Source: the human T2T-CHM13v2.0 reference genome, Homo sapiens | Assembly: GCF_009914755.1 (NCBI RefSeq) | Contig: NC_060926.1 | DNA: 64,000 nt | Strand: one strand, 5' to 3' | Part shown: one piece after another, positions 21,101 through 34,925 of the stretch | Layout of the letters: every line of letters starts with the position of its first letter | How positions within the stretch are numbered: position 1 is the stretch's first letter | The notes under the pieces: generated by a model | What the model saw: only the letters and a program-made list of their open reading frames with translations | Told to the model about the DNA's origin: nothing | Database searches by the model: none | Made by a program: the position numbers and the translations under genes

Positions 21101-22070
21101 CCAGCCTCTTCTAGCGGTGACAAACCCTGAGGAAAGGGATCTGCGGTTAGAACCACCTCGGCCCCAGGTGGGATCCGGGATCCGCATCTCCAGGTACCAG
21201 GTGCGCCCTCCGTCCGGTCTTCTCCGCCCCCACCCCGCCCCGTCCCCACAAGGTGGGGACGGGGCTGCAGATGTAGATGCGGATCTGGTCCCAGACCGGG
21301 AGGTAAGAAAAGATCTCGAGCTGTGTCTGTTTTGATGCCACTACTGTGCTCTTTGGGTTACATTAGGTCAGTATAATAGGAAGCCAGATAACGTGATTCC
21401 TCCAGTTCTGTTCTTTTTCTCAGGATAGCTTTGGCTATTCTGGGACTTTTGTGGTTTCATATAAATTTTAGGATTTTTTTTGCTATTTCTGTGAAGAATG
21501 TCATTGGTATTTTGATAGGGATTGCATTGAATCTGTAGATTGCTTTGTAGCATGGACATTTTAAAAATACTTCTTCTTCCAATCCATGAACATGGAATAC
21601 ACTTCCTTTTTTTGTGTTCTCTTCAATTTCTTGCATCAGTGTTTCATAGGTTTCATTGTAGAAATCTTTTACTTCTTTGGTTAAGTTTATTCCTAGGTAT
21701 TTTATTTTATTTGTAGCTATGGTAAATGGGATTACTTTCTTCATTTCTTTTTCAGACTGTTTTCTGTCAGCATCATGTTACTGATTTTTTGTATATTGAT
21801 TTTTGTATCCTGCAACTTTACTGAATTTATTTATTAGTTCTAATAGTTTTGGGGTGGATTTTTTAGTTTTTTTCAAATATAAGATCATATCCTCTGCAAA
21901 CAATAATAATTTGACTTCTTCCTTTCAAGATGGATTCCCTTTATTTTTTTCTCTTGTCTGATTGCTCTAGCTAGGACTTCCAGTACTGTGTTGAATAACA
22001 ATGGTGAAAATGGGCATCCTTGTCTTGTTCCAGATCTCAGAGGAAAGGCTCTTAGTTTTTTTCTGTGCAA
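18135..22070 (-). mobile_element. L1MA-type LINE-1 (3'UTR and ORF2 fragments), interrupted by the FBXL12 retrocopy at 19622-21321
   Basis: Reverse ORF fragments [33 protein letters not shown] and [17 protein letters not shown]; L1MA-like 3' end at ~18140-18350. L1 sequence is continuous across the TSD. Confidence 0.9.
19622..21321 (-). pseudogene. FBXL12P1: FBXL12 (F-box/LRR protein 12) retro-pseudogene, 5'-truncated, semi-processed
   Basis: Translated fragments LEIFSYLPV.D.IRI, RALGQKCPN.KRLCLHVADLS, LELHSCEISMAWL and KIRLT.RGLSAPGLAVLEGMPALESLC...RACPKESMDWW match FBXL12. There are TAG stops at 21111-21113 and 21034-21036, plus frameshifts. The 3'UTR runs ~20245-19625 with a short A remnant. 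A 12-bp TSD TGTGTCTGTTTT is at 19610-19621 and 21322-21333. The P1 suffix is from memory. Confidence 0.92.
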
Positions 22071-23294
22071 TATAGCCATTTGGGTGTTCTTTAGACAGAA
22101 GGAAAATCTTCCATCTAGAATAATTTTCCTTCTTTCTGAAGAATAACGTTTAGAATTTTCATTTGTGTGAGTCTGCTAATGACAAATTTTCTAAATTTAG
22201 TGCTTGCTTGAAAGGTCTTTACCCTCATTAAAGGAAAATATTTTCAGTAGGCTTAGAATTTAAGGTTGGCAATTTTCTTTTTCAGCACTTCAAAATATGA
22301 TCCTATTGTCTTCTGGTTTCCACCATTTCTGTCAATTGTGAGTTAAATTGTTCCCTCTTCAAAGGCAATCTTTTTTTTAATCTGGCATTTTGTTTTTAAA
22401 CTTTGGTTTTTGGTAATATTGTCATGATATACCTAAATGATTTTATTTATATTTATCTTGTTTTGGATTTGTAGGGCTTCCGTGGCTTGATGAATTTCAT
22501 TAGTTATGGAAAATTCTTATCTCTAATTTATTCAGATTGTGCTTCCACTCCATCCTCTTTCTCTTCTTTTTATGGAGCTATAATTACTCATAAAGTAGAG
22601 CTTTTCACTTCATTCTCATGGTTTTCACCCCTATTCTCATTTTCCATCCTTTTTGTATCTCCATATTTCCTTCTGGATATTTTCTTTAACCCATCAGGCT
22701 GTTCCTAATTCCCTCATCAGTTGTGTCAATCTGCTCTTAAACCCAGCTACTGAGATCTTCCGATTTCTGTCATTACATTTTCTCTACCAGATTTTCTGTT
22801 TGATTTTTTATTTATAGTTTCCACATTTGACAAAATTCTCAATCTCATTCTTTGCCATCTTCACCAAAGTACATTTACTTAAAATTCTGTATCTGATAAT
22901 GTCAATGTCTGGAGCCCTTGTGAATCTATTTTCATTGTGCTATTTTTGTCAGCTTTCACTCATGCCTCCTATCTAGATTTTTTTTTTAGTATGCCCTGAA
23001 TATTGCATTTGCAAAATTCCTTGTAGAAGTAACTTGAGGCCTTAAATAATGATATTATGTTTCTCCTGGAGAGATTTAATTTTCCTTAGCTGGTGCCTGG
23101 GGATACTAGCACTTCTGGATCACCTGCCAGGGTCAACTTCTCATTTGCCTTCCCATGCTTCTAAAGTGCAACCCTTTGTGGTCCCAACTCAAAGTGGGGA
23201 AAAGAACTACTAGGACACTTTCCCAACTTGGGTGGGCCCTCGACACCAATCCCTGTTGCTTTAGCTTCATGGGGCATCAAAACCATTACACGTT

Positions 23295-23577
23295 GCCTGT
23301 AATCCCAACACTTTGGGAGGCCAAGGTGGGCAGATCATTTGAGTTCAGGAGTTCAAGACCAGCCTGGCCAACATAGTGAAACCCCATCTCTACTAAAAAT
23401 AGAAAAATTAGCCAGGCATGGTGGTGCACACCTGTAATCCCATAATCCCAGCTACTAGGGAGGCTGAGACATGAGAATCACCTGAACCCGGGAGGCATGG
23501 AGGTTGCAGTGAACCGAGATCATGCCACTGCACTCCAGCCTGAGCAACAGAGTGACTCTGTCCCCCCGCAAAAAAAC
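23295..23577 (+). mobile_element. Alu, slightly 5'-truncated
   Basis: gcctgtaatcccaacactttgggagg...actccagcctgagcaacagagtgac. Confidence 0.9.
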
Positions 23578-25548
23578 ATCACCCACCCACTTGAACTCTC
23601 AGACTCTATTTCCAGGAAAAGAGGAAAAGAATCCCCAGCTACAGGATCATCTCTCTGAGCCTTGCCCCATCTCTAGATCCTGGCCTTGGGATCGTTCACT
23701 ATCTTGTTAGCTCTCTGGGATCTTTAAGCAGAAAGATGTGCTTAATTTGTTTGTTGGCTTGTTTTCAAATTGTACTCAGCAGAAGGGTCAATCAAAGTTA
23801 CTTTCTCTACCATTACTAAAGGCAGAATGCACTTAAATATAATTATCTTCTTTATTTTTAATTTTAAATAAGAGGAGCTAGGAAAACAAAAAGCTTCCTA
23901 ATTCTTCGTATTCCCAAATGGTTCCTCAATTTATAATTACTTAATCTAGAGGAACTAAATACTCATTTGACCAAATTAATTTATTTTAGAAAGCATTAAT
24001 TTAAACAAATGGTCATGTCAGAATATTAATGTGATTTTCACTTCAATCAAAGCTGTGCTTCATAGCCACAAAGTTTATCATTGCTGGTATAACCATAAGA
24101 ATACTAGATATACACCCCATAGGAAAAATTTACCTTTGAGTTGTTCATTGAGATTATGATTTTAATAAAACAGATTAAAGATATTTCAAAGCTTGTGTAA
24201 CTATTTTAAATTTTCAAAATCATTACATAAGTATAGTAGCTCAAGCACTATCTAATTCAAAATTGCCATTCCTGTCCAATAATGAGTTTTTCCAATTTTG
24301 CTGTATTCAAATTTTAACCATTTAAGAAATCTGATTTAAATAAAAAATGTATTTTATGATCAGAAAACTTTGATCTTTAGAACCTCTTCAAGTTAGTGTT
24401 TGAGACTAAGAAATTGCTTTTTAACCTTACAAATTCATTCACCATTTAACAAACATTTGTTGAGCACCAACTATATATCAAACATACAAGTAGAATACAA
24501 AGTTCCTTTTAAAAAATATCAGACTCTTGCTCATTTACTTTGCTGATTTATGTGCCATGTTAAACATTACTGTCTGTAACATAATCAGTGAAAACAATAT
24601 TTCCCAGTTCTCTGTGTAATGTGTCTTTTTAAGACAGCCTTGAAATTTAATCCAATGTCTGCATTATCTTCCTCATAAAAGGGGACAAATGCAACTGATA
24701 GTAAATGACATCAACATTCTTTTCTACTCACCCAGCAAAAATTATGACCTGTGGTTGGAATATTTCTAAAGCAAGTCTATGGCTAATTGGAACTTGTTTC
24801 TACAGCAGGGTTCATTTGAGAATTGGATAAGGATTGTAGATGTAACAGATAAGGTATCTGGCTTGCCAGAGTCATAGATGCCCTTTTAAGTGAGGAAATG
24901 AAAGTTGAGTGAATGTTAAGGAAAGTTTTAAGGTCCCAGCTAGCTAAGGCCAACTCAAGTCCAGAATCCATTTCTGTCTCCCAGGTCAATCTTTTGTGTA
25001 GCATACAATGAAATTGAGCATTTTGATTCTATAACTAATAGCTTCTGAATGTGTTTTCACTGGTGTGTATATACAAATAATTTTGTTAAATTTTTTGAAC
25101 GTTTTGAGGTCTGGGGTTTCTTTTCTTTTTATCATTTCAGACAGAATAGAGAAAATACCAATTTCTGAAGACCTATAATCATGAAATAGGCTCATTTCAA
25201 GTTAGGAAGACTATTTTATGTCTATAAGAAATTAGCAGTATCTGAGATGGTTCAGATGAACCTTATGTTCATTTTTATGTTTCTTTAATAGCATAATAAA
25301 TAGGCTGGAAGGAAAGAGGGAAGCATCCCTTCCTTCACAGCAAAGTTAGGATTGTACCAGGGAAGACCATGGCTAGCTGACAACATTTTCAGCACTTCTT
25401 TCCTAGTGTATTTTTTGTTTGTCTTCAACTTACAGATCCCCTTTTGGAAAAGTAAGATAACGCAACTAAAGACAAAGTAATGGACGTTAAAAAACGTTTC
25501 TGTTGTGTAAGCCTTTTGCCAAGTTATTATCTACTGCAGTCTCTAGAT

Positions 25549-25718
25549 CAGTGGTTCTCAACCTCGGAAGCACAATACCATATGCTGAGGAGCTTCAATG
25601 AATGATGATGCCTGCGCCATCCCCAGGAAGTCTGATTTGTTGGTCTGGAGTGGGGCCTGGTCATGGGGATATTTTTTAAGCTCTCGGAGTGATGTGGAGC
25701 TAGAGCTGACAGCCACTG
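25549..25718. mobile_element. MER5A-like DNA transposon relic
   Basis: CAGTGGTTCTCAA ... TGACAGCCACTG degenerate terminal inverted repeats. Confidence 0.7.
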
Positions 25719-28700
25719 CTCTCTGCATTGCTCTAGTCAAGAGGGACAATTTCCATTAGTAGCAAAAATGGGGACTCTGTTCTTTATGGTGTGGGCTTCT
25801 TTCTCTAAATGAATTACAGAAGGGCTGACACTCTCTCATATAAGATAAAGTCCTTTTCTTTTGTTAGAAATTTTTCACTACCTGACTCCTTCAAGGATTG
25901 GGCCATGGTCTCAAACCACCTAGCAAAACCTTAGCTGTCCACACAGAATTGGTAAGACTCTAGGGTCAGGTTTCAGCCAAAGAACCTTACAAATGCAAGA
26001 TCTGAGAACTCTAACTTCCCCCTAATGACCTCTTCATCTATTAACTCAGAAATCTTATTCGAGACAAAACAAAATAGAGAAAAAACTAGAAGAGAAACTT
26101 TCATTCAATTTGCCCAGTTTTGATGTAAAATGTCATCTTAATTTTACTACCACCAACCTAACATTTTAAATATCATTTTCTTCTGAAAACATGACTTCTT
26201 TTCATTTGAGTTTGTATAGGCAATGGAGGAAAATTAGCATGGTTTTACCTGCTTTATAGATGGAGAAATGTACGCCTAGTTTCTGTGATCTTTTCAAAGT
26301 CAATAGTCACCGACGGAACGAAAAAGTCAAAGCTGTGTTGTAATGTTCTTTCTGATGTTCTACAATTCATACTAAAAAATATTCTACCAAGATATTTACC
26401 TGAAGATGTATTTTAGGAATCATGATTTAAGGCTAGATCACAAAATTCAGTGAAATTTAAAAGAGCCATAAAAATAATAAATCTGGAACAAAGTAAATCC
26501 TGCAACTTGATGGATAGGCCTCTATGGTCTGTAAAGACACATACAAATTATATGTGGTTTTACCCTTTAGTTTTACAATCACTGACTTTCAAAATGATTT
26601 TTTTCTCATTATATTTATAATTTCTGTTAATAGATAGCTAATACAAATGAAATAATGTGACAAAATGATAGGTATGGGGGGGAATTACAAGTGATCATTA
26701 CTGAAGAAGGGCATAGAAATTTCTTTTCTAGAAAATTTCCAAGAGGATTTACAGACCTCTGTCCCCAAATACTCTGAACTAGTAGAAATAGCAAATTAGA
26801 CTCTTTCAGCATAGTGACCCTACATAGTTTCTGAAGAAACTAAATACGCTTCACACAAATCTATCTTGCATTAAGACAATAAAAATGTTCCTCCTCCTAG
26901 CCCCCCCTCAAAATAAAATAAAATAAAATAAATCTCCAAAGAGAAGGAATGGTGAGGATAAGAATTACTTATCTCTCCTTGTTCTTGGTTTTAGTAGATA
27001 TTGATGGCCAGAGTCCAAGCCCAGGATGATGTTCAACTATAGTTTCAGATTGGGGGTCCAGGTCTCAGTACCTATAAATACTGCTGAAGCATCTTGAGTA
27101 CTATTAAAGGAAAGTGAACATCGAGGCTCTGATGGCCATATACCTTGTTGCAGGGCGTTGGGGGAGGACTTACCTCTTTTCCCAAACTTTATTTCCATTA
27201 AGAATCAAATTACATAAAGCCCACTGATCCATATCATACATACATCAAAAAGCAATGATAATGTTGCCAACAAGAAATAAATCAAGAAGGGTTCAGGCTC
27301 CAAGTAACCCAGAAGGCCCCAAGCTCAACAGGGGAAGAAACACAAACTCTGCTCTTCCATAACCCTCCAAGAATAAGCCCCAGAATGATAATACCTTCGC
27401 TGCGTTCAAAACTCAGCTCTCTGGACAAAAGCAACTTCTCCATTCCGCACTTATTTTTTGTAACTCATTTAGAGGTTTTAAGTTAAGTTAAATATATTTT
27501 TTTCCAAAAATTAAAAGATTCTTTTAAAGTAAGCAAATAAGCTTGAAAAATACTTGGGAGAAATAGGAAGCTCTATTTTCAACTAAACAGATTTCAAATT
27601 TCTGCACTGAAATCAAATTAAAAAGTATTTTTTACCTCATTGCTGCTTCATTACTATTTCACCTTTTTAGTTTGAGAGATTTATTGTATGTATTGAGCTA
27701 TATATGGTACTCAGTTTGGAACTAAGCCATTGTACATTTATAGAAATGGTATGAAATCTTCAGAGGCTCATATTACTTAAAATCTGCTTGCTAAGTGATT
27801 TTTTAAAAGAAAAATGAAAAACTCTTGTCTATGAACAGGGTCTCTCCAAACTCTGATTTTTCTCTAAGAATGCTCTTTAAAACAGGCTATCAAGGAAAGG
27901 GACTCTTTTCCATTGTCCCTTGTCATTCAAAGTCTCTCTTCACAAGTTCTTAGTATCTGACTTGGATTTTTTCTTTACCATTATAAATACCACTATTGCA
28001 TAGAAATCTTGGAAGACATTTTTGTGACTAAAAGAAACTGAAAAAGGAGAAATTTACAGTATGGCTTTGGTAATAATAAAGCATAAATTTAACTTTTCAC
28101 ACTTAGGGTAACATATATTAATATTTAGTCATGAGATCTGCTGGGGTTTCATCTGCTGTAGATAGCTGTCAAGTTTTAATCACTGTATCATTTTCTTTCC
28201 ACCATGCATGAAATACAAAGAATAGCTTTCACTTCATTTTTGTGTACACAAAGGCACGATAGAAAATCTCCTATGTTCTTTTGCTGCCATCCAGTGGTTC
28301 TGATTGATAAATGCAATGATGATAAATCTAACATGAGACAGAAACATATATGGGTATGAAAGAGACACATGTACACCTTTAAGAAAGCCTAAAGCATGAA
28401 AAACCAAATTGTTGAAAGTGATAAGTTTTAAATGGGATAGTTACATTATAAAATGTTCCTCTGTGTTGCATGAAGATTGAGGGAAAACCTCCCTTAGATT
28501 GTAAGTTCAAGCAAGAGTGGGGACACTGAACTTCACTCTCCCATTGTCACAGGCTAGCTGGGCATCAGCACTTAGTAGGCACTCAGGAAACACTTGCTTA
28601 CCACAGCTTTTTTATTAACTGATTCATTAAAATGCTAATTATAATCACAAGCGGGGAAGCACAGTGCAAACTTTTTTGCAGTTGAGTGTAATTTAGCCAA

Positions 28701-28916
28701 TTGTCTCCTGGTGTGGGGATTTCTTACTTTCTATAAAGAGCAGTTTTACATAGCGGTGAACAGGAGTTGGAGGGAGAGGGAGAATTCGTAAGTTTAAGGT
28801 AAGAATTATTTTTGAGAAATATAACCAGGTGTATCAATACTATGTTTCTTGAATAGTTTTAAGATGGTCTAAGCTGGAGGATAAACTGCCAAACATTATC
28901 AAAAATGGCTATTCAG

Positions 28917-29227
28917 GGCCAGGCATGGTGGCTCACGCCTGTAACCCCAGGACTTTGGGAGACACAGGCGGACAGATTACTTGGGGCCAGGAGTTCAAGA
29001 CCAGCCTGGCCAACATGGTGAAACCCAATCTCTACTAAAAACACAAAACTTAGCCAGCCATGGTGGTGCGTGCCTGTAATCCCAGCTACTCATGAGACTG
29101 AGGCATGAGAATCGCTGGAGCCCAGGAGGCGGAGGTTGCGGTGAGCTGAGATCACTTCACTGCACTCCAGCCTGGGTGACAGAGTGAGACTCTGTCTCAA
29201 AATTTACAAAAAAACAAACAAAAAAAA
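28917..29227 (+). mobile_element. Alu (AluS)
   Basis: Full dimer with A-rich tail. Confidence 0.92.
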
Positions 29228-29493
29228 GCTAGTCAGAATTTTTCTATTGCTGACACTAGCAATAGAGCACACCATAAAAAATGTGATGTGGCTCCAAATT
29301 ATGAAGTCGGTATGCAGGTGTAACACTGACACCACACTAACCCAAACTGAAACCAGCTAGATAAGTGTTTGAAAATTCAGAGCAAGTTTGGCCAATCAGC
29401 AAATAGAATTCATGACTGACCTAGGTCGTCTCCTCCGGTAAAACCTCCTCCATGTAGCTCCTCGGCCAGTAATTAGGCTTAAAGGGAAGAAAA

Positions 29494-29690
29494 CAGTGGT
29501 TAAGGCGGAGCCTCCAGAATGGCCCCACATCCTAGCCTCACTAACCGCATAATCTTGGGCAAGGCCTAACCTCTCTGAGCCTTGATAGCTTTACCTGTAA
29601 ACAGAAAATAATACCCACCTCAATTGGCTTCTTGTGTAGATGACAAATGAGGAACACAGTGCCTGGCAAAGACTCAGTGTTAGCTGCCAT
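29494..29690 (+). mobile_element. MIR SINE
   Basis: cttgggcaag..taacctctctgagcct....tt.acctgtaaa..gaaaataata core and acagtgcctggca. Confidence 0.7.
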
Positions 29691-30389
29691 AAATGCATAT
29701 ATACCACATGCACACACGTACATGGCATTAACAGACACACACACACAGAACAAACACTATTCAGAGCAGAGGGAATGATTGGACAATCTTTCTACTCAGT
29801 TGTAAATCATTTATTAAATTTAATAACCTATACTTTAGTTACAGAGACTGGTACAAAAAAAGTAAACATTGCGCCTGGGTTCCAGATGTGAAAACGACAA
29901 TCCAGTGGGAATTTTAAGATCTCACTTATTCCACTTTATTCACTTTATCATAATAAAAAGCAAAAATATTTAAAACAATTAGTAAGAAGGGCATCAAAAA
30001 CAAGACCTCAGTAAATTCAATTATACTTTCCAAGTCACATATTAAGAAGCATTTCTTATTTATCTCTGACAAAAATATCTAACCGTGGAAGAGGATTCTT
30101 ACTCTTTGTCTTTTAGGAAGTTGGATATATTGAAAATGTCTTCCAATGAGTCAGGGAATTCAAAGAATTTCAAGATGCATTTTAAGTTAAAGTCCAAGTT
30201 TATTCCGAATGAAACGTTCTATTTCCCAGCATCTCAGGAGCCAGACCCTAGCTCCTTTCCAATTTTCTTATTAAGAAATTTAAGATTTTTCTACATCTCA
30301 TTTGATCATTTACATCATATTTTTAAATCTCTGCAAAAACGTATGGCAGAACCTATAAACAAAATCTTGAAAAACAAATTACAGCACAA

Positions 30390-31170
30390 CTGAATGCTGG
30401 TGAGGAGGAGGTGCAATGGCAACTTGCATTCACTGATGTTGGGAATGCAAAATGGTATAGCCACTTTGAAGGACAGTTTGGCAGTTACAAAACTGAAAAT
30501 ACTCTTAACATAGAATCTAGCAGTTGCACCTCTTAGTATTTGCCCAAAAGAATTGAAAACTTACGTCCACACAAAAACCTACACATGATGTTTACAGCAG
30601 CTTTATTCATATTTGCCAAAACTTAGAAGGAACCAAGGTGTCCTTCAGTAAGTGAAGGATATATAAACTGGTGGTACACCTGGACAATGGAATACTTCTT
30701 AGTGCTAAAAAGAAATGAGCTATCAAGTCATAAAAAGACATGGAGGAAACTGAAATGCAATTATTAACTGAAAGAAGCCAATCTGAAAAAGTTACATACT
30801 GTATGATTCCATATGACATTCTAGAAAAGGAAAAATTATGAAGACAGTAAAAAGGTCAGTGGTTGGCAGAGGTGGGAGTGGGGAGAGGGATGAATAAGTG
30901 GAGCTCAGTGAAAATACTATATGATACTGCAACGGTGGGTACATGTCATTATATATTTGTCCAAACCATGGAACGTACAACACTGAGAGTGACCCCTAAC
31001 GTAAATGATAAAGTTTGTGTGATTATGATGTGTCCATGTAGGTTCATCAGTTGTAATAAATGTGCCATTATGATATATGATGTTGTTACCGGAGAAGCTT
31101 GTGGCTGTGTGGGGACTGGGGTCTACAGGAACTTGCTGTGAACCTAAAATTGCCCTAAAAATAAAGTTTA
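30390..31170 (+). mobile_element. L1MB/MC-type 3' fragment
   Basis: gggaatgcaaaatggtatagccacttt, aagaagccaatctgaaaa, and ...gtgaacctaaaattgccctaaaaataaag terminus. Confidence 0.75.
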
Positions 31171-31234
31171 CTAATTAATTTTTTTAATTATATACAAAGG
31201 GGAAGAGGAATACAGGCAAAAACAAAAAATCTCA

Positions 31235-31718
<484 letters not shown>

Positions 31719-33205
31719 GTATATATTTTAATTATGTTAAGTTACTGTAAATGCCTAGCTGAAAGAATAAAATTTAATTACAGGTATTTCTAACGTTATG
31801 TATTTACACAACATCATGTAGCTGGGAAACCTCAAATAACTTTTGCTAAAATAAAATTTTAAGTGGTATCAATAATTAAGAAATTATTAGGTTAGCCTTT
31901 ATTAGTGTTGTCTACAAATTTTAAAAGGTGATAGATAAAATCTGGCAATTCCAATTCTATAAACCCAAATTTCAATTGTTCTTAGGACAAATTCTAAAAT
32001 GATGTTACATTTTGCGACATCTTTGACAATGTGTAATATTTAGTAATATTCAATTTCCATTATAATCCAGTTAGGTTCCAGTGAGACAACAGATTATAAA
32101 CACATTTCCTACAAACTAACCTCCCCTGATGAAAATTAGGTACAATAAAAATCCCTTTCAATTTAGCATTATTAAGACATTCAAGCAAAAATCACACTAT
32201 CATTTACATATGATAACCCTACTGTTGCGGTGTCTAAACTTATCTTGGTAAGATTCAGAAGTTTCAAAATACCATGGAAGGCAGATTTGGAAGAGACCTA
32301 CTTCCAAATAAGAGTTCTTATTCTCTAACTATATCTGGAAGGCAACTTGTCTAAAAGTAAACTGAGCCCAAATTTAGGAAAAATAGTTAATGCTCACAGA
32401 CTATATATATGTATATATATGATAATGAAATATTTGCTACCACATTTAAGTATTCTTATATTATTTCTCCATCACTGAAATGTTTTATTGCTTAAAATTT
32501 CAGTAACTAAATAACTCGTATTCACAGGAGTACCTCATTGTCATGCTGCTTCTTTGAACGAATTTTGTTGCTTGTCACTACAACTTTTTTTCTCTTTCGT
32601 TTTACCAAAGAAATTATGTTTATGACAACAAAAAATATTCACCATGAGAATCTGATGGGAAAAAATAGAAACAGAAAAAACCAGAAACAAAACTATCTAC
32701 TTCATTCCTGCTGGTGTGAGGGACTCTCACTTGTAAACCTTTTCTGTCTTTAGTTCTGGTGATAACTTTCCTAACACTCACCTACATTTGCTGTATCACT
32801 GGATATCATCTACTAGCTCCCCAGCCTGAAAACTCAGGATTTAATTTATACTACTTTCTCCCTTCCAATTTTTGATAGAAGAATTAAAAAGAATAAATCA
32901 CCATTACCTTTGAAAAATAAACGTAAAACCGTATTCATCCACCGGTTTTGTACAGCATCTGTGTTTCTCACCACATAAGGATGACCCTCTAATATGTTCT
33001 CTATTTCTAACTCACTTCTGCCTATTCTACCTTTACTTTTATACTGGCAAGGTCAATTTCATTTACTTTCTTGTTTTACCTATCAGTTGATTCTAAACGC
33101 TGAAAACCAATAAAGCAACATTTACAATATTTAAAAAAAAAAAAAAAACTGGGCCCAAACTATTAAGAGTATGAACCCACTTTGACCCTAAATCATTAAG
33201 GGTGA

Positions 33206-33946
<741 letters not shown>

Positions 33947-34496
33947 CTATACAGTTAAGAATTTATAGACACATACACATTTTTTAAAAATGTCTATCTG
34001 GATGAATCCAATACGCGATTTTTTAAGTGGTGTGTGCTTATCCAAGAGGACAAATTATACACATATTCTGGCAGATTTTTTTCAGGATTTTCGTTATTTG
34101 AACCTGACTGTTGCATTACATTAGGGAAAGATCACATGGCAGATGATAATAGGCATGGTGAAAATCTCCTCTCCATGGAAACCCGACAGGGTTTTAAGTA
34201 AATTTCTTCAAGCAAGATAAAGATTAAGAGATGGCATACTCAACACTCAATCATAACTGACAGTATGTTAGAAAGGTCTGAACATTTTGGCTTCAGAAAG
34301 AGTATAACAGACCCTTGACATTTCAAGGTGTAAGTTCCAAGATTTTTGCCCAAATTCAAAAGTATTCTTGAATAACTTTACCCAGGTTCCTGGTTTTCTT
34401 CAGAATTACACTTTCATCTTGTGCCAAAGATTTTTACACACATTTTCACATCCAAGTTATTAATCTTCTCAATCGTGTCCACTCAATAATGGCCAT

Positions 34497-34925
34497 TGTG
34501 TGTGTTTCCTAGGGCTGCCATAACAAAGTATCAATAACTGGGTGGCTTACACAACAGAAATGTGCTGTCTGGCAGTTCTGAAGGCTAGCAGTCCAAAGTC
34601 ACAGGATCAGCAAAGTTGGTTCCTTCCGAGGATTATGAGAATCTGTTCCAGGCCTCTCACCTAGCTTCTGGTGGTTGCTGGCAATCTTTGGTATTCCCTG
34701 GCTTACAGAAGCATAATCCCAAACTCTGCCTTAATCTTCACAGGTGTTCTCCCTGTGTGCATGTTGTGTCCCAATTTCCCGGTTTTATAAAGGCATATTG
34801 GATTAAGATCCACCCTAATGAATTACATCTACTATGGCCTTATTTCTAAATAAGGATACATTAAGAGGTATTGAGGTGTAGGACTTCCATGTATGAATTT
34901 TAGGGGAACATAATTCACGCCATAG
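34497..34925. mobile_element. MLT1-type MaLR solo LTR
   Basis: tttcctagggctgccataacaaa...ttctgaaggctag...gaattttaggggaacataattca. Confidence 0.75.

Noticed and set aside
21147-21341. 64-aa ORF starting MASKQTQLEIFSYLPV as an F-box micropeptide
   Set aside because: The start codon is GTG in flanking L1/TSD sequence, the F-box is truncated, and the frame runs into the inverted intron.
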